Shown here: piece after piece, positions 1 to 12,832 of the stretch
How positions within the stretch are numbered: the stretch's first letter is position 1
How the letters are laid out: every line of letters begins with the position of its first letter
From: an uncultured Acidobacteriota bacterium
GTDB lineage: Bacteria > Acidobacteriota > UBA6911 > RPQK01 > JAPXNP01
Reading direction: 5' to 3'
Length of the DNA: 58,495 nt
Assembly: GCA_964484155.1 (NCBI GenBank)
Contig: CAZAEY010000004.1
Coordinates: forward strand, 1 to 58,495
Translations under genes and position numbers: made by a program
Notes under the pieces: model-generated
The model's input: only the letters and a program-made list of their open reading frames with translations
Told to the model about the DNA's origin: nothing
Databases searched by the model: none

Positions 1-130
1 GCATCAACGGGCGCCGATGGCGCCCGTCGCTCCGCCATCCGGCGGTCGCAACGTTTCGCTTGCGGAGAGCCTCCCGTTGACCTGTGCAGCGCAATTGGCG
101 GAGCGACGCGGCCGCCTCGGCCGCGTTGAT
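1..130. repeat. REPIN-like element copy A. It has two inverted REP-like units: ATCAACG-hairpin-GTCGCTCCGCC at 3-36, and its inverted partner at 98-130.
   Basis: GGGCGCC-GAT-GGCGCCC is a perfect 7-bp stem at 9-25. CCGCC-ATCC-GGCGG forms a hairpin at 32-45. GCGGCCG-CCT-CGGCCGC is a stem at 108-124, flanked by GAGCGAC and GTTGAT. The unit is truncated by the window edge. Confidence 0.75.
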
Positions 131-183
131 TTGACCGCCAACCTCCCCCTGAACCCCCGAAGCTCACCTAAACGCGCCCCATC

Positions 184-314
184 GCATCAACGGGCGCCGA
201 TGGCGCCTGTCGCTCCGCCATCCGGCGGTCGCAACGTTTCGCTTGCGGAGTGCCTCCCGTTGACCTGTGCAGCGCAATTGGCGGAGCGACGCGCCCGCTT
301 CGGGCGCGTGGAGT
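184..314. repeat. REPIN-like element copy B, a direct repeat of copy A with a 183-bp period.
   Basis: Positions 184-293 match 1-110 with 2 mismatches. The terminal hairpin is GCGCCCG-CTT-CGGGCGC (291-307) instead of GCGGCCG-CCT-CGGCCGC, so the stem is preserved by paired changes. Confidence 0.8.
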
Positions 315-318
315 CCGG

Positions 319-909
319 TCAGTCCATCTCCTTCTGCAGTCGATGCAGGACCTGTTTGGCGACTTCTCGAACTGTGGCCTGGACTCCTTCGTTTTCGACG
401 GCGACAGCCTCCATCACCGGTTCTTTTCCGATGCGCAACTCCGAGGTCAAATAGCCGATATCGTGTATGTCGGCCAGGTCCCGCTTGTTTAGCTGCAATA
501 CGTAGGGAAGTTCGTTGATGTCCTGATTGTAAGTCTTGAGGTTCTCTTTCAGATCCCGCATCGCCTCGTAATTCGCATCCATCCTGTCGCGAAGCGAGTC
601 GGCTACAAAGACGACTCCGTCTGCCCCCTTCAGGATCAGTTTGCGGCTTGCTTCGTAGAACACCTGTCCGGGCACGGTGTAAAGATGGAAGCGAGCCTTG
701 AATCCTGAGATTTCCCCCAACTCGATCGGCAAAAAGTCAAAAAACAGCGTTCGATCCATCTCTGTATTCAGCGTTACCATCTTTCCTCTCAGTTCGGGAT
801 TGACGGTCCGATAGATCTGAGTGATGTTGGTGGTCTTTCCGGACAGACCGGGGCCGTAGTATACGATCTTGCAGTTGATTTCCCGATTTGCGTAATTGAT
901 AAAGGACAA
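319..909 (-). CDS. mglA: Ras-like GTPase MglA (motility/polarity switch)
   Basis: 196 aa. MSFINYANREINCKIVYYGPGLSGKTT (P-loop), LYTVPGQVFY and LNKRDL closely parallel Myxococcus MglA. TTG start at 909 has GGGAGG 6 nt upstream. It lies 17 nt downstream of mglB. Confidence 0.95.
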   Translation of the reverse strand: MSFINYANREINCKIVYYGPGLSGKTTNITQIYRTVNPELRGKMVTLNTEMDRTLFFDFLPIELGEISGFKARFHLYTVPGQVFYEASRKLILKGADGVVFVADSLRDRMDANYEAMRDLKENLKTYNQDINELPYVLQLNKRDLADIHDIGYLTSELRIGKEPVMEAVAVENEGVQATVREVAKQVLHRLQKEMD

Positions 910-926
910 AACTGCCTCCCGCTACT

Positions 927-1385
927 TCACCTGGTATGGGCTTGGGTCTTCGGTCGCTCCAGCGCCCGTCGGTACACCGTGATCAGAACATCCTCCAGGA
1001 TCAGGGCGCCATTTCGCAGGCCTTTCAGGTCGATCTCCTGGCTTCCGTCCAGTCGAAACACCAGAAGAAGCAGTGCGTTCTCCCCGGCCCGGTTGATCAG
1101 GATGCTTCTCCGTTCCCCTTTTTGATAAATTCTTTCAAATTCCTCTTCTCCCAGCAGCTTGGCCAGCCCGTAGGTCGCGGCAAGGCACGAAGCCGCCAGC
1201 GAGGACAAAGCGTCCCGGTCGACCGATTCCAGTCGTCCGGCGCAAGCGATTTCCTGCCCGTTGCGACTGATCAGTAAAACAGATTCGGCGCCCAGTCGAT
1301 CCTTGAGCGAAGCCAGCACTTTCCCGATCTTCTCGAATTCCTCCGGCCGAAGCTTCAGATCGAGAAATTCCATAAACATTGTCAA
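927..1385 (-). CDS. mglB: MglB, a Roadblock/LC7-domain GTPase-activating partner of MglA
   Basis: 152 aa with a Roadblock/LC7-like sequence, immediately upstream of mglA. The start is ambiguous: TTG at 1385, or ATG at 1379 or 1373. Confidence 0.85.
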   Translation of the reverse strand: MTMFMEFLDLKLRPEEFEKIGKVLASLKDRLGAESVLLISRNGQEIACAGRLESVDRDALSSLAASCLAATYGLAKLLGEEEFERIYQKGERRSILINRAGENALLLLVFRLDGSQEIDLKGLRNGALILEDVLITVYRRALERPKTQAHTR

Positions 1386-1561
1386 TTCTCTCTCCCCGGC
1401 TCGTCCCGCTCAACCTTTTGGCCGTTTTCGGGTCTATTGTAAAGCAGAGGGTTGAACATTTTTCACCGCTGACGAAAATCGAGCTTCCCTTGACTGACCG
1501 GCCTCCGCTCTTATAACCTTTCCATTTTCTACCAGAATACTCAGACTTCGAAGTTTCAGCA

Positions 1562-1577
1562 TGTAAGTGCAATCACC
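1562..1577. promoter_or_regulatory. Weak CRP-like box TGTAA-N6-TCACC (8/10) in the mglB/TPR divergent region
   Basis: The sequence is tgtaagtgcaatcacc. TATTCT lies on the minus strand at 1539-1534, the same 30.5-bp centre-to-hexamer spacing as the two stronger boxes. An 8/10 match is expected many times by chance. Confidence 0.2.
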
Positions 1578-1599
1578 TTAAATTTTTCGAGGGGATCAT

Positions 1600-2139
1600 A
1601 TGGCCGCAAAAAAGTCCGGGAAGAAGACTTCCGAGAAGAAAGCGAAAACTGGGGACGTGTTAAAAGTTTTTGAAAGCGGATTGCAAGCCCTTTACAAGCT
1701 GGATTTCGCAAAAGCCTTGCAATCGTTTGAGAAAGTCGAGAAGGATTTCCCTGAGGAGCTGAGCGTCGTCGACCGCGCTCGAATATTCCAGCGGCTTTGC
1801 CGCAAGCGGCTGGAAGCGGGCAAGTCCGCTTCCGATGGGAAGGAATCGGCCGAAGTTCTTTTCGATTTAGGGGTTTTCCATCACAACCGGGGTGAATTCA
1901 AGGAGGCCCTGAAGCTGTTCGAGAAGGCGCGTAAGAAGGCCGGAAAGCAGGACGCGCACATTCTTTACGCGATGGCTGCAACGCTGGTCGGAACGGGAGA
2001 AATTGAGAAAGCGCTGGAGCTCTTGTCGGAGGCGATCAGCTCCGATGAGGCCCATCGCTCATACGCCCGAAACGATCCCGACTTCCGCCCCTTGGCCGAG
2101 GTGTCCGAGTTTCAGAAGCTCTTGGCTGCATCCGACTGA
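1600..2139 (+). CDS. TPR-repeat protein with a Lys-rich N-terminus, divergent from mglBA
   Basis: 179 aa. ATG has GAGGGGA upstream. Helical repeat signatures (e.g. LFDLGVFHHNRGEFKEALKLFEKA) are typical of TPR. Confidence 0.7.
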   Translation: MAAKKSGKKTSEKKAKTGDVLKVFESGLQALYKLDFAKALQSFEKVEKDFPEELSVVDRARIFQRLCRKRLEAGKSASDGKESAEVLFDLGVFHHNRGEFKEALKLFEKARKKAGKQDAHILYAMAATLVGTGEIEKALELLSEAISSDEAHRSYARNDPDFRPLAEVSEFQKLLAASD

Positions 2140-2293
2140 CGGAAATGGCGATCGAGCGACAATCCCGCGATCGTCCGCCGGTTTCCGAACGTTCAACGAA
2201 GCTGCCCGGCTGGGCCGACGCAAATCCGCATTGGTTGAAATCGCGCTCGACGCATCCTCGTAACAGAGTAGAATCCAGCAAGGAGGAATTCGG

Positions 2294-3697
2294 GTGAGCG
2301 CAGGCAAGGAATCCCGCTATGGGCTGATTTTGGCCGCCGGCAAGGGGACCCGGTTTCGTTCGGATCTACCCAAGGTCCTTCACCGGCTATGCGGCCGCCC
2401 CATGATCGAGTATCTGCTGGAAACCCTTTCCGCAATCGGCGTGGATCGCAAATTCATCGTCGTAGGACCTGGCGACGATCCAGTGCGCCAGGCGCTGCGG
2501 GACCGGGACGTCGAGTTCGTTGTTCAGGAGCGGCAACTGGGAACGGGAAATGCCGTCCAATGCGCCATTGCCGCGCTGAGCGAACTGGAGGGGAGCCTGC
2601 TGGTGCTGTACGGCGATACGCCGTTTGTCGAACCTCACGCGCTGCAACAGTTGATCCTGAGGCGCCAAGAGCTGAACGCCGATCAATCCATGCTGACGAT
2701 CGAGCTGGAAGATCCGACGGGATATGGGAGAGTCATTCGCGACGAATCGGGGCGGGTCGTCGACGTCGTGGAAGAGAAGGAGGCGACTCCCGACCAGAAA
2801 CGGATCCGTGAAATCCATGCGGGCTTTAACTGCTTCAAGATTGCGACGCTTCGCGAGGCTATCTTCGAAATTCGCAACGACAATGAGGCGGGCGAATATT
2901 ACATGACCGACCTTCCGAAGATTTTCACGGCGCGAGGAGGCCGAGTCGAGGCCGTCCTTCACAAACCCTCCCTGAGTCTGCTCGGAATCAACGACCGGAT
3001 TCAACTGGGTGAAGCCGACCGCACCCTCAGAATTCGGATCAGAGAAGACTGGATCAGAAGCGGCGTGACGATGATCAACCCGGACACCATCCTGATCGAT
3101 TCGACAGTGGTCATCGGCACCGACACGGTCTTGTACCCGGGAGCGATTTTGGAAGGGCGCACGACGATCGCTCCTTCCTGTACGATCGGTCCGGGTTGCC
3201 ACCTGATCGACGCAATCGTCGAAGCAGGCGCGCGGCTCGACGGATACTGCATTGTTCGCGAGAGCCGGATCGGCGCGGGCTCGAATATTGGTCCGTTCGC
3301 GCACCTGAGGCAGAACGCCGAAGTCGGGGAGCGTTGCAGAGTGGGCAACTTCGTCGAGGTCAAACAGTCGAGTCTGGGCGACGAAACCAAGGCGGCCCAC
3401 CTGAGCTATCTGGGCGACGCACGGGTTGGGAGAGGCGTCAATATCGGCGCTGGAACAATTACTTGCAATTACGACGGTCAGAAAAAGCATCAGACCGAGA
3501 TCGGGGACGGCGCCTTCATCGGAAGCGGAAGCCAGTTGGTGGCCCCGGTCCGAATCGGAAGCGGCGCCTACGTAGCAGCAGGCTCTACGATCACGGAGAA
3601 TGTGCCCGACGGCGCGCTCGGGCTCGCCCGGCAGCGCCAGATCGTGAAGCCGGGATGGGCGGCCGATCGGCGCCAAAAGGTTCAAGACAAGAAATAG
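2294..3697 (+). CDS. glmU: Bifunctional UDP-GlcNAc pyrophosphorylase / GlcN-1-P acetyltransferase
   Basis: 467 aa. The N-terminus has LAAGKGTRF. The C-terminus has hexapeptide (left-handed beta-helix) repeats. GTG start has AGGAGG 7 nt upstream. Confidence 0.93.
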   Translation: MSAGKESRYGLILAAGKGTRFRSDLPKVLHRLCGRPMIEYLLETLSAIGVDRKFIVVGPGDDPVRQALRDRDVEFVVQERQLGTGNAVQCAIAALSELEGSLLVLYGDTPFVEPHALQQLILRRQELNADQSMLTIELEDPTGYGRVIRDESGRVVDVVEEKEATPDQKRIREIHAGFNCFKIATLREAIFEIRNDNEAGEYYMTDLPKIFTARGGRVEAVLHKPSLSLLGINDRIQLGEADRTLRIRIREDWIRSGVTMINPDTILIDSTVVIGTDTVLYPGAILEGRTTIAPSCTIGPGCHLIDAIVEAGARLDGYCIVRESRIGAGSNIGPFAHLRQNAEVGERCRVGNFVEVKQSSLGDETKAAHLSYLGDARVGRGVNIGAGTITCNYDGQKKHQTEIGDGAFIGSGSQLVAPVRIGSGAYVAAGSTITENVPDGALGLARQRQIVKPGWAADRRQKVQDKK

Positions 3698-3770
3698 CGC
3701 CGGCCCGCCGGCGGGCGGTAAGGACGCCATGATGCAGAGAAGGAGAAAGAGTTGAAAGGATGGCCCCGCG

Positions 3771-5711
3771 TTGGACTTTGAAACCGAGTTGGCCAAACCG
3801 GACTGGACCAAGGAGCAGGCTCTCAATCTCTACCTGATCGATCGCTGGGGCGGCGGCTACTTCGACGTCGATGGGCAGGGACACCTGACGGTGGCTCCCC
3901 TGCAGGAACGCGGCGCATCGATCTCCATTTTCGACGCGCTTCAGGAAGCCATCTCCGAAGGACTCCGCAGCCCTTTGCTGATCCGGTTTCAGGACCTGTT
4001 GCGGCATCGGGTCGTGGAGCTGAACGAGGCTTTCCTGTCGGCCGTTTCCGACCAAGGTTACAACGGGCGATATCGCGGAGTGTATCCAATCAAGGTCAAC
4101 CAGCTCCGTGAAGTGGTCGAAGAGATTCTGGACGCGGGCGAGCCCTATCGATTCGGGCTCGAAGTCGGCTCAAAGCCGGAAATTTTCGCCGGGCTTGCCG
4201 TGCACAGCCACCCCGAGTCACTTATCGTCTGCAACGGCTACAAGGACCCGACTTACGTCCGAATGGCCCTGATCGGGCGAAAGCTGGACAAGAAAATCAT
4301 CCTGGTCGTCGAAAAGATCTCCGAGATCGAACTGATCGTCAAGCTCTCCAAGGAGATGAACGTAATCCCCCTGGTCGGGATCCGGCTCCGGCTGGCCACC
4401 AAAGGCGCCGGCAAGTGGGCCACTTCCGGAGGGGAGAGCTCGAAATTCGGGCTTTCCACCTCCGAGCTGTTGCAGGCGGTGGAGATCCTGCAGCGGGAAG
4501 GATTGGAGTCCTCGCTCAAACTGCTTCATTTCCATATCGGGTCTCAGATCCCCAACATCCTGAACATTAAAAGCGCCGTTCGCGAGGCGGCCCGCTATTA
4601 CGCCAAGCTGCACAAGAGAGGCCATCCCATTGAGTTTCTCGACGTCGGAGGCGGGCTGGCCATCGATTACGACGGCTCCAAGACCACCTTCCACTCCTCG
4701 ATGAACTACACGCTGGAGGAGTACGCCAAGGACATCGTTTACAACATCATGGACATCTGCGATCAGGAGGGAGTGCCGCACCCGGACATCGTCTCCGAAT
4801 CGGGCCGGGCCATCGTCGCTCATCACTCCGTGCTGGTTGTCGAAGCCTTCGGCTCCATCCAGAAAACGCCCAACAGCGCGCCGCAGCCCCTGCCGACGAC
4901 CGATCACAAGCTCATCGAAGACGTGCTTTACATCGAACGCCACCTCGATCGGGAGAACATGGCGGAGTCATGGCACGACCTGCTGCAGATCAAGGAAGAG
5001 TCTCAGAAGATGTTCGAGCTGGGAATGCTCGATCTGGACGTGAGAGCTTCATTGGAGATCCTCTACTGGCGCACTGTGGAAAAGATCCGGGAAAACTGGC
5101 TGAGCGACCCCGATCAGGAGCTTCCCGAAGAGCTGGAGGAACTCAAGTATCACCTGGCCGACCAACACATCTGCAATTTCTCGGTCTTTCAGTCTCTGCT
5201 GGACCACTGGGCGCTCGGTCAGCTTTTCCCAGTGGTTCCGATCCACCGCCTGAACGAGCCTCCGGCGTCAGAGAGCACGCTCGTCGACATCACCTGCGAC
5301 TCGGACGGCAAAGTGGCCCGCTTCATTGACATCAGCGACGTGCGCGACACGCTTCCGCTGCACGAGTTCACCGGCGAGCCTTATTACCTCGGCATCTTTC
5401 TGACCGGCGCCTATCAGGACATCATGGGCGACATCCACAACCTGTTCGGCCGGGTCAACGAAGTGCACGTCTTTCTGGACGAGGACGAAGAAAGCGGCTT
5501 CTACATCGAAGAGAAGATCCGGGGCAACACGATCGCCGAAGTCCTGGCCATGACCCAGTACGATTCGCGCGACCTGATCAAAAAGCTGAAGTCCCAGATC
5601 GACCAGGCCATCAAACAGGACCGCCTCAAACCCACCGAAGGGATGAAACTGCTGGCGGAGTATGAGAAAAGCATGTCGCAGCAGACGTATTTGGAGTTTG
5701 GCGGGGAGTGA
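3771..5711 (+). CDS. speA: Biosynthetic arginine decarboxylase
   Basis: 646 aa. The N-terminal YLIDRWGGGYFDV and the fold-type III PLP decarboxylase core are typical of SpeA. TTG is the only start available after the in-frame stop at 3753. Confidence 0.92.
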   Translation: MDFETELAKPDWTKEQALNLYLIDRWGGGYFDVDGQGHLTVAPLQERGASISIFDALQEAISEGLRSPLLIRFQDLLRHRVVELNEAFLSAVSDQGYNGRYRGVYPIKVNQLREVVEEILDAGEPYRFGLEVGSKPEIFAGLAVHSHPESLIVCNGYKDPTYVRMALIGRKLDKKIILVVEKISEIELIVKLSKEMNVIPLVGIRLRLATKGAGKWATSGGESSKFGLSTSELLQAVEILQREGLESSLKLLHFHIGSQIPNILNIKSAVREAARYYAKLHKRGHPIEFLDVGGGLAIDYDGSKTTFHSSMNYTLEEYAKDIVYNIMDICDQEGVPHPDIVSESGRAIVAHHSVLVVEAFGSIQKTPNSAPQPLPTTDHKLIEDVLYIERHLDRENMAESWHDLLQIKEESQKMFELGMLDLDVRASLEILYWRTVEKIRENWLSDPDQELPEELEELKYHLADQHICNFSVFQSLLDHWALGQLFPVVPIHRLNEPPASESTLVDITCDSDGKVARFIDISDVRDTLPLHEFTGEPYYLGIFLTGAYQDIMGDIHNLFGRVNEVHVFLDEDEESGFYIEEKIRGNTIAEVLAMTQYDSRDLIKKLKSQIDQAIKQDRLKPTEGMKLLAEYEKSMSQQTYLEFGGE

Positions 5712-5754
5712 GTATAGTGTATAGTGACCCCCTCAAGAAGCGAGACACCCCTTT

Positions 5755-5790
5755 CTCCTACTCCTACTCCTACTCGTCCTCGTCCTCGTC
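5755..5790. repeat. Tandem hexamer microsatellite (CTCCTA)x3 (CTCGTC)x3
   Basis: Read directly in the speA-carB convergent intergenic region. GTATAGT x2 lies at 5712-5725. Confidence 0.9.
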
Positions 5791-5835
5791 GCGTTTCGCC
5801 CGACGCATTGCGGAGACTGCGCCCAGGCCTCGGAG

Positions 5836-5887
5836 ATCGACGCGCGAAGCGCTCGCGCCCCTCCGCCATCCGGCGCTTCGTCGCTCC
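5836..5887 (+). repeat. REP-like unit, variant form
   Basis: ATCGAC + GCGCGA-AGCGC-TCGCGC hairpin (5842-5858) + CCGCCATCCGGCG + GTCGCTC. The order of modules is the same as in unit 3-45. Confidence 0.6.
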
Positions 5888-5953
5888 CCTTTTCATTAAA
5901 GGCCCCCGAAACTCTTCAAACGCAGCGCCAGATACCAAGCACTCGGAAGTTAG

Positions 5954-5991
5954 GTTTCAGAACTCGGAACTGAAAACTCGAAACCTGAAAC

Positions 5992-5992
<1 letters not shown>
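5954..5992. repeat. Degenerate GTTYCRR short tandem tract with outer inverted repeat GGTTTCAG/CTGAAACC
   Basis: On the minus strand it reads GGTTTCAG GTTTCGAG TTTTCAG TTCCGAG TTCTGAAACC, directly after the carB stop. It resembles the tract at 58124-58210. Confidence 0.6.
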
Positions 5993-9219
<3,227 letters not shown>

Positions 9220-9222
9220 GCG

Positions 9223-10338
9223 TCAGACCGACCTCGCTGGGCTTCCGCCTTGATTTTCCTTCATCAGTTCGATGAACTCGTCAAACAGGTAATAGGAGTC
9301 GTGGGGTCCGGGCGAGGCTTCCGGATGGTATTGCACTGAGAATACTGGAAGCGTTCGATGGCGCAGCCCCTCCAGAGTCTGGTCGTTCAGGTTGATGTGA
9401 GTCAGCTGGATTTTCGATTCGTCCAGAGAATCGGCGTCGACGGCGAATCCGTGATTTTGGCAGGTGATCTCCACTTTCCCCGTCACCAGATTCTTTACCG
9501 GCTGGTTGGCGCCTCGATGCCCGAATTGAAGCTTGAACGTGCGGCCCCCGAATGCCAGTCCCAAGAGCTGGTGTCCAAGGCAGATTCCGAACAGTGGAGT
9601 TCGACCGATCAACTGCCGTACGTTTTCCACTATGTATCCGAGCGCATCAGGGTCGCCCGGCCCGTTGGACAAGAAGATCCCGTCGGGCTTCATAGCCAGC
9701 ACGTCCTGAGCGGGCGTCGTGGCCGGGACGACTTGGACGTCGCAACCCCGGGAGCGCAAGGATCGCAGGATGTTCTTCTTGATCCCGAAATCGTAAGCGA
9801 CGACCCGGAAGGCGGCTTCCTCGAGCTTCCAGGCGTAGCCTTCCTGCGTCGTGACGTTGCGGACGTAGTCGCTTCCGCTCATTTTCGGAAACAGCTCGAC
9901 CTTTGCAGCGAGCGACTCAAGGCTGAAATCGGCAGTGGAGATGACACCTCGCATTGCCCCTTCGCTTCGGATGCGGCGAACCAAAGCCCGCGTGTCGATT
10001 CCCGCGATTCCGCACACTTTGTACTCTTTCAAGAAGTCGTCCAGGCTCGATTCGGCTCTCCAGTTGCTGTAGACGGAGCTGCATTCTCGAACCGCAAATC
10101 CGTGAACGAAGGGTCGACGGGACTCCCGATCCTCCGAGTTCGTTCCGTAATTGCCGATCTCCGGCTGCGTCATCGTCACAATCTGGCCGGCGTATGAGGG
10201 GTCAGTCAACACCTCCTGGTATCCGGTCATTGAAGTGTTGAAAACGACTTCGCCGGCCCGTTCGCCGGCTGCGCCGAAGGAGACCCCTTCAAACAGGCTC
10301 CCATCTTCCAAATACAGAACAGCCCTGCCGTTGCTCAT
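9223..10338 (-). CDS. carA: Carbamoyl-phosphate synthase small (glutaminase) subunit
   Basis: Contains the class I amidotransferase motif [10 protein letters not shown] prefer ATG at 10338 ([13 protein letters not shown]) with AGGAG upstream over the track start at 10416. Confidence 0.93.
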   Translation of the reverse strand: MSNGRAVLYLEDGSLFEGVSFGAAGERAGEVVFNTSMTGYQEVLTDPSYAGQIVTMTQPEIGNYGTNSEDRESRRPFVHGFAVRECSSVYSNWRAESSLDDFLKEYKVCGIAGIDTRALVRRIRSEGAMRGVISTADFSLESLAAKVELFPKMSGSDYVRNVTTQEGYAWKLEEAAFRVVAYDFGIKKNILRSLRSRGCDVQVVPATTPAQDVLAMKPDGIFLSNGPGDPDALGYIVENVRQLIGRTPLFGICLGHQLLGLAFGGRTFKLQFGHRGANQPVKNLVTGKVEITCQNHGFAVDADSLDESKIQLTHINLNDQTLEGLRHRTLPVFSVQYHPEASPGPHDSYYLFDEFIELMKENQGGSPARSV

Positions 10339-10485
10339 TCCTTGCTCCTGACAGCGGGAAATCGGGCGCTCTTCGCTTTCGAGCCTGGCCACCGGTTCAT
10401 CAAGACGGAGGCCCAATTCGGAACCGATTCCAGGACCAGACCGGTTCGAATGCAGTTCAGATGCACCTCTCGCGCGGGGACCCAG

Positions 10486-11070
10486 TTAGTCGATCACGCC
10501 AAGTTTAGTCACGGGCCAGTAGCGAAAAACAGCTTTCCCGAATATGTTTTCCTTCGGTACGAAGCCCCAGTTTCGACTGTCGTTGCTGGAGTTTCGGTGA
10601 TCCCCCAACACAAAGTAACTGCCTTCAGCCACTATCAGCGGGCCTACGGAGGAATAATCGAAGTAGGCTGGTCGAACGTACGGTTCGACCAACCGGGTTC
10701 CGTTGATGAAGACTTCGCCCCTGCGGATTTCGACCTGTTCCGTCGGCAAGCCGATCACGCGCTTGATGAAGGATTTGGTCGGGTCCTTCGGAAACCAGAA
10801 AACAACGATGTCGCCCCGGCTGATCTCGGAAAAGTGGTAGACGAACTTATTGACGAAGATGCGTTCTTGGTCAGCCAGATGAGGCTGCATGCTGGTTCCT
10901 TCCACCTTGACGGGCTGCACCACGAACACGACGATTAGAATCGCCGTCACCGCCGCAAAAAAGATGTCCCTCAACCAGCTTCGAAACTCACTGAAAATCT
11001 GCGCTTCAGCCCGGAAATCGGGGGCGCCTTCAGTTTCCAAACCCGGACCTGGCCGTTCCTTCTCGGACAA
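10486..11070 (-). CDS. lepB: Signal peptidase I
   Basis: 194 aa with an N-terminal TM segment. GTSMQP carries the catalytic Ser box, and GDHRNSSNDSRNWG is present. TTG start. Confidence 0.9.
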   Translation of the reverse strand: MSEKERPGPGLETEGAPDFRAEAQIFSEFRSWLRDIFFAAVTAILIVVFVVQPVKVEGTSMQPHLADQERIFVNKFVYHFSEISRGDIVVFWFPKDPTKSFIKRVIGLPTEQVEIRRGEVFINGTRLVEPYVRPAYFDYSSVGPLIVAEGSYFVLGDHRNSSNDSRNWGFVPKENIFGKAVFRYWPVTKLGVID

Positions 11071-11393
11071 TTTCCTACCTCATTCGACTTGCCAAGCGGC
11101 CGTTAGTCTTCTCGAATCGGGCGCGCCGGTTCAGCGCACTCGAGGCGTTCCAGCGGCTCCCGCGGAACCGCTTCCTCAACTTCCAGCCTGTCTTATGCTA
11201 AAGAATTTCGGCGCTTCTTTGCAAACGATCACGGTCGGGTTTTCAAGTTTTTTCACTCGAGGCTGACGACGGAGCGGGCAGCCGGAGTCCAGTGCCGCTC
11301 AAGAAAAAGGCAATAAAACTAAGCCAAGCGATCCTCCAGGACCCTTGACGCCGGAGTACAGCGAAACCGGCTGAGCCAATCGGGGAATTCCGT

Positions 11394-11951
11394 CTAATCT
11401 CCTAGAATCTCTTTTTCTTTTTGAGAAGCCATCTGATCGATCTGGCTGATGTGCTCGTCCGTCAGCTTCTGGATGTCTTCCAAGCCCCGAAATCCGAGAT
11501 CCTCCGAGATTTCCTTGGCCTTCTGCATCTTCTTGAGTCGTTCGTTCGCGTCGCGTCGAATCTGACGGACCGCGGTCCGATGCTCTTCTGCGACTTTTCC
11601 CACCTGCTTGGCCAGAATCTGACGTCTCTCTTCGGTCAGAGGGGGGACCGGAACTCGAATGATCTTACCGTCGTTGCTGGGATTCAATCCCAGATCGGCA
11701 ACCATGACCGCCTTTTCAATCGCGCCCAACTGAGAGACATCCCAGGGTTGAACCGTGATCAGATTCGGCTCGGGAGCATGAAGCGTCGCCAACTGATTGA
11801 CCGGCGTCAAGGTCCCGTAGTAGTCGACCTTCACATTGTCGAGCAGGTGCACTGACGCGCGCCCGGTCCGGATCGTCGCCAGTTCCCTTTCCAGATCGCC
11901 CAGCGTCTTGTTCATTCGCTCCTTGGCTTCCTTGTGAACCTCTTGAATCAT
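11394..11951 (-). CDS. frr: Ribosome recycling factor
   Basis: 185 aa, in the conserved rpsB-tsf-pyrH-frr order. The sequence is typical of RRF. Confidence 0.95.
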   Translation of the reverse strand: MIQEVHKEAKERMNKTLGDLERELATIRTGRASVHLLDNVKVDYYGTLTPVNQLATLHAPEPNLITVQPWDVSQLGAIEKAVMVADLGLNPSNDGKIIRVPVPPLTEERRQILAKQVGKVAEEHRTAVRQIRRDANERLKKMQKAKEISEDLGFRGLEDIQKLTDEHISQIDQMASQKEKEILGD

Positions 11952-12060
11952 GCTCTCGTTTCTCCACGACTTCGCAGTGCTAAAGGACCGAACGACCGCA
12001 GAGCGAAGATTCGCAAGCTGGATCGCGCACCCGCCGGGCGGCGGATCGAATTCCCGCGCA

Positions 12061-12807
12061 TCACCTGATGATCGACCCCACCTGACGACCCAACACCGCG
12101 CTCTTGATGTTTCCTTCCTGTTTGAGGTTGAAGACGATAATGGGGAGGCCGTTGTCCATGCAAAGGGAAATGGCTGTCGTGTCCATTACGCGCAGCCCCC
12201 GCTCCAACACCTGCAGGTAGGTCAATTCCCTGAGCAGCACGGCATTCTCGTTCTTTTCGGGATCGGAATCAAAGACCCCGTCGACTTTGGTGGCCTTCAA
12301 TATGACTTCCGCCCTCGTTTCCATTGCCCGCAGCGCGGCCGCGGTGTCGGTTGAAAAATACGGATTGCCGGTGCCGGCGGCGAAGATGACGACTCTCTTT
12401 TTTTCGAGATGTCGAATTGCTCGCCGGCGAATGAACGGCTCCGCCACTTCAGCCATGTGGATCGCGCTGAGGACGCGGGTGAAGATGCCTTGCTTTTCCA
12501 AGGCGTTCTGCAGGGCGAGGGCATTGATGACGGTCGCCAGCATGCCCATGTAATCGCCCGTAGCTCGATCGAATCCGGCTTCGCTGACCGCGACGCCGCG
12601 GATGATGTTTCCGCCGCCCACAACTACGCAAACCTCAACGCCGAGTTGATGGACCTCGCAAATTTGGCGTGCGATGGTGTTCATCATGACGGGCTCCACG
12701 CCGAAGCTTTGAAACCCCATCAATGCTTCGCCGCTCAGTTTGATCAGCACCCGTTTGTAGCGGGGCTTCTCCAATGAAACGGGGTCTACGACGGCGTCGC
12801 CTGTCAT
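12061..12807 (-). CDS. pyrH: UMP kinase
   Basis: 248 aa. Contains [12 protein letters not shown] of the amino-acid kinase family. Position between tsf and frr. Confidence 0.95.
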   Translation of the reverse strand: MTGDAVVDPVSLEKPRYKRVLIKLSGEALMGFQSFGVEPVMMNTIARQICEVHQLGVEVCVVVGGGNIIRGVAVSEAGFDRATGDYMGMLATVINALALQNALEKQGIFTRVLSAIHMAEVAEPFIRRRAIRHLEKKRVVIFAAGTGNPYFSTDTAAALRAMETRAEVILKATKVDGVFDSDPEKNENAVLLRELTYLQVLERGLRVMDTTAISLCMDNGLPIIVFNLKQEGNIKSAVLGRQVGSIIR

Positions 12808-12832
12808 GATTCAATAAGCGTGATGCTCGATT

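Noticed and set aside
1-318. A CRISPR array or an integron attC array as explanations for the direct repeats at both window ends
   Set aside because: There are only two copies per locus, and the inter-repeat segments are themselves repeated, so they are not unique spacers. The ends ATCAAC/GTTGAT only approximate the attC RYYYAAC/GTTRRRY cores. No cas or intI gene and no cassettes are present.
17-518. Three overlapping plus-strand ORFs (17-454, 250-492, 267-518) at the window start
   Set aside because: They run through the tandem REP-like repeats and then antisense to mglA. Their duplicated peptide text simply mirrors the DNA repeat, and their composition is not protein-like.
2387-3826. 479-aa ORF antisense to glmU
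   Set aside because: This is a typical high-GC antisense open frame. It is Arg/Ala/Pro-rich with no motifs, and it fully overlaps a confidently identified gene.
10443-10451. GGTTCGAAT, a tRNA T-arm-like string in the carA-lepB spacer
   Set aside because: No acceptor, D or anticodon arms can be built around it. I found no tRNA or rRNA genes anywhere in the window.
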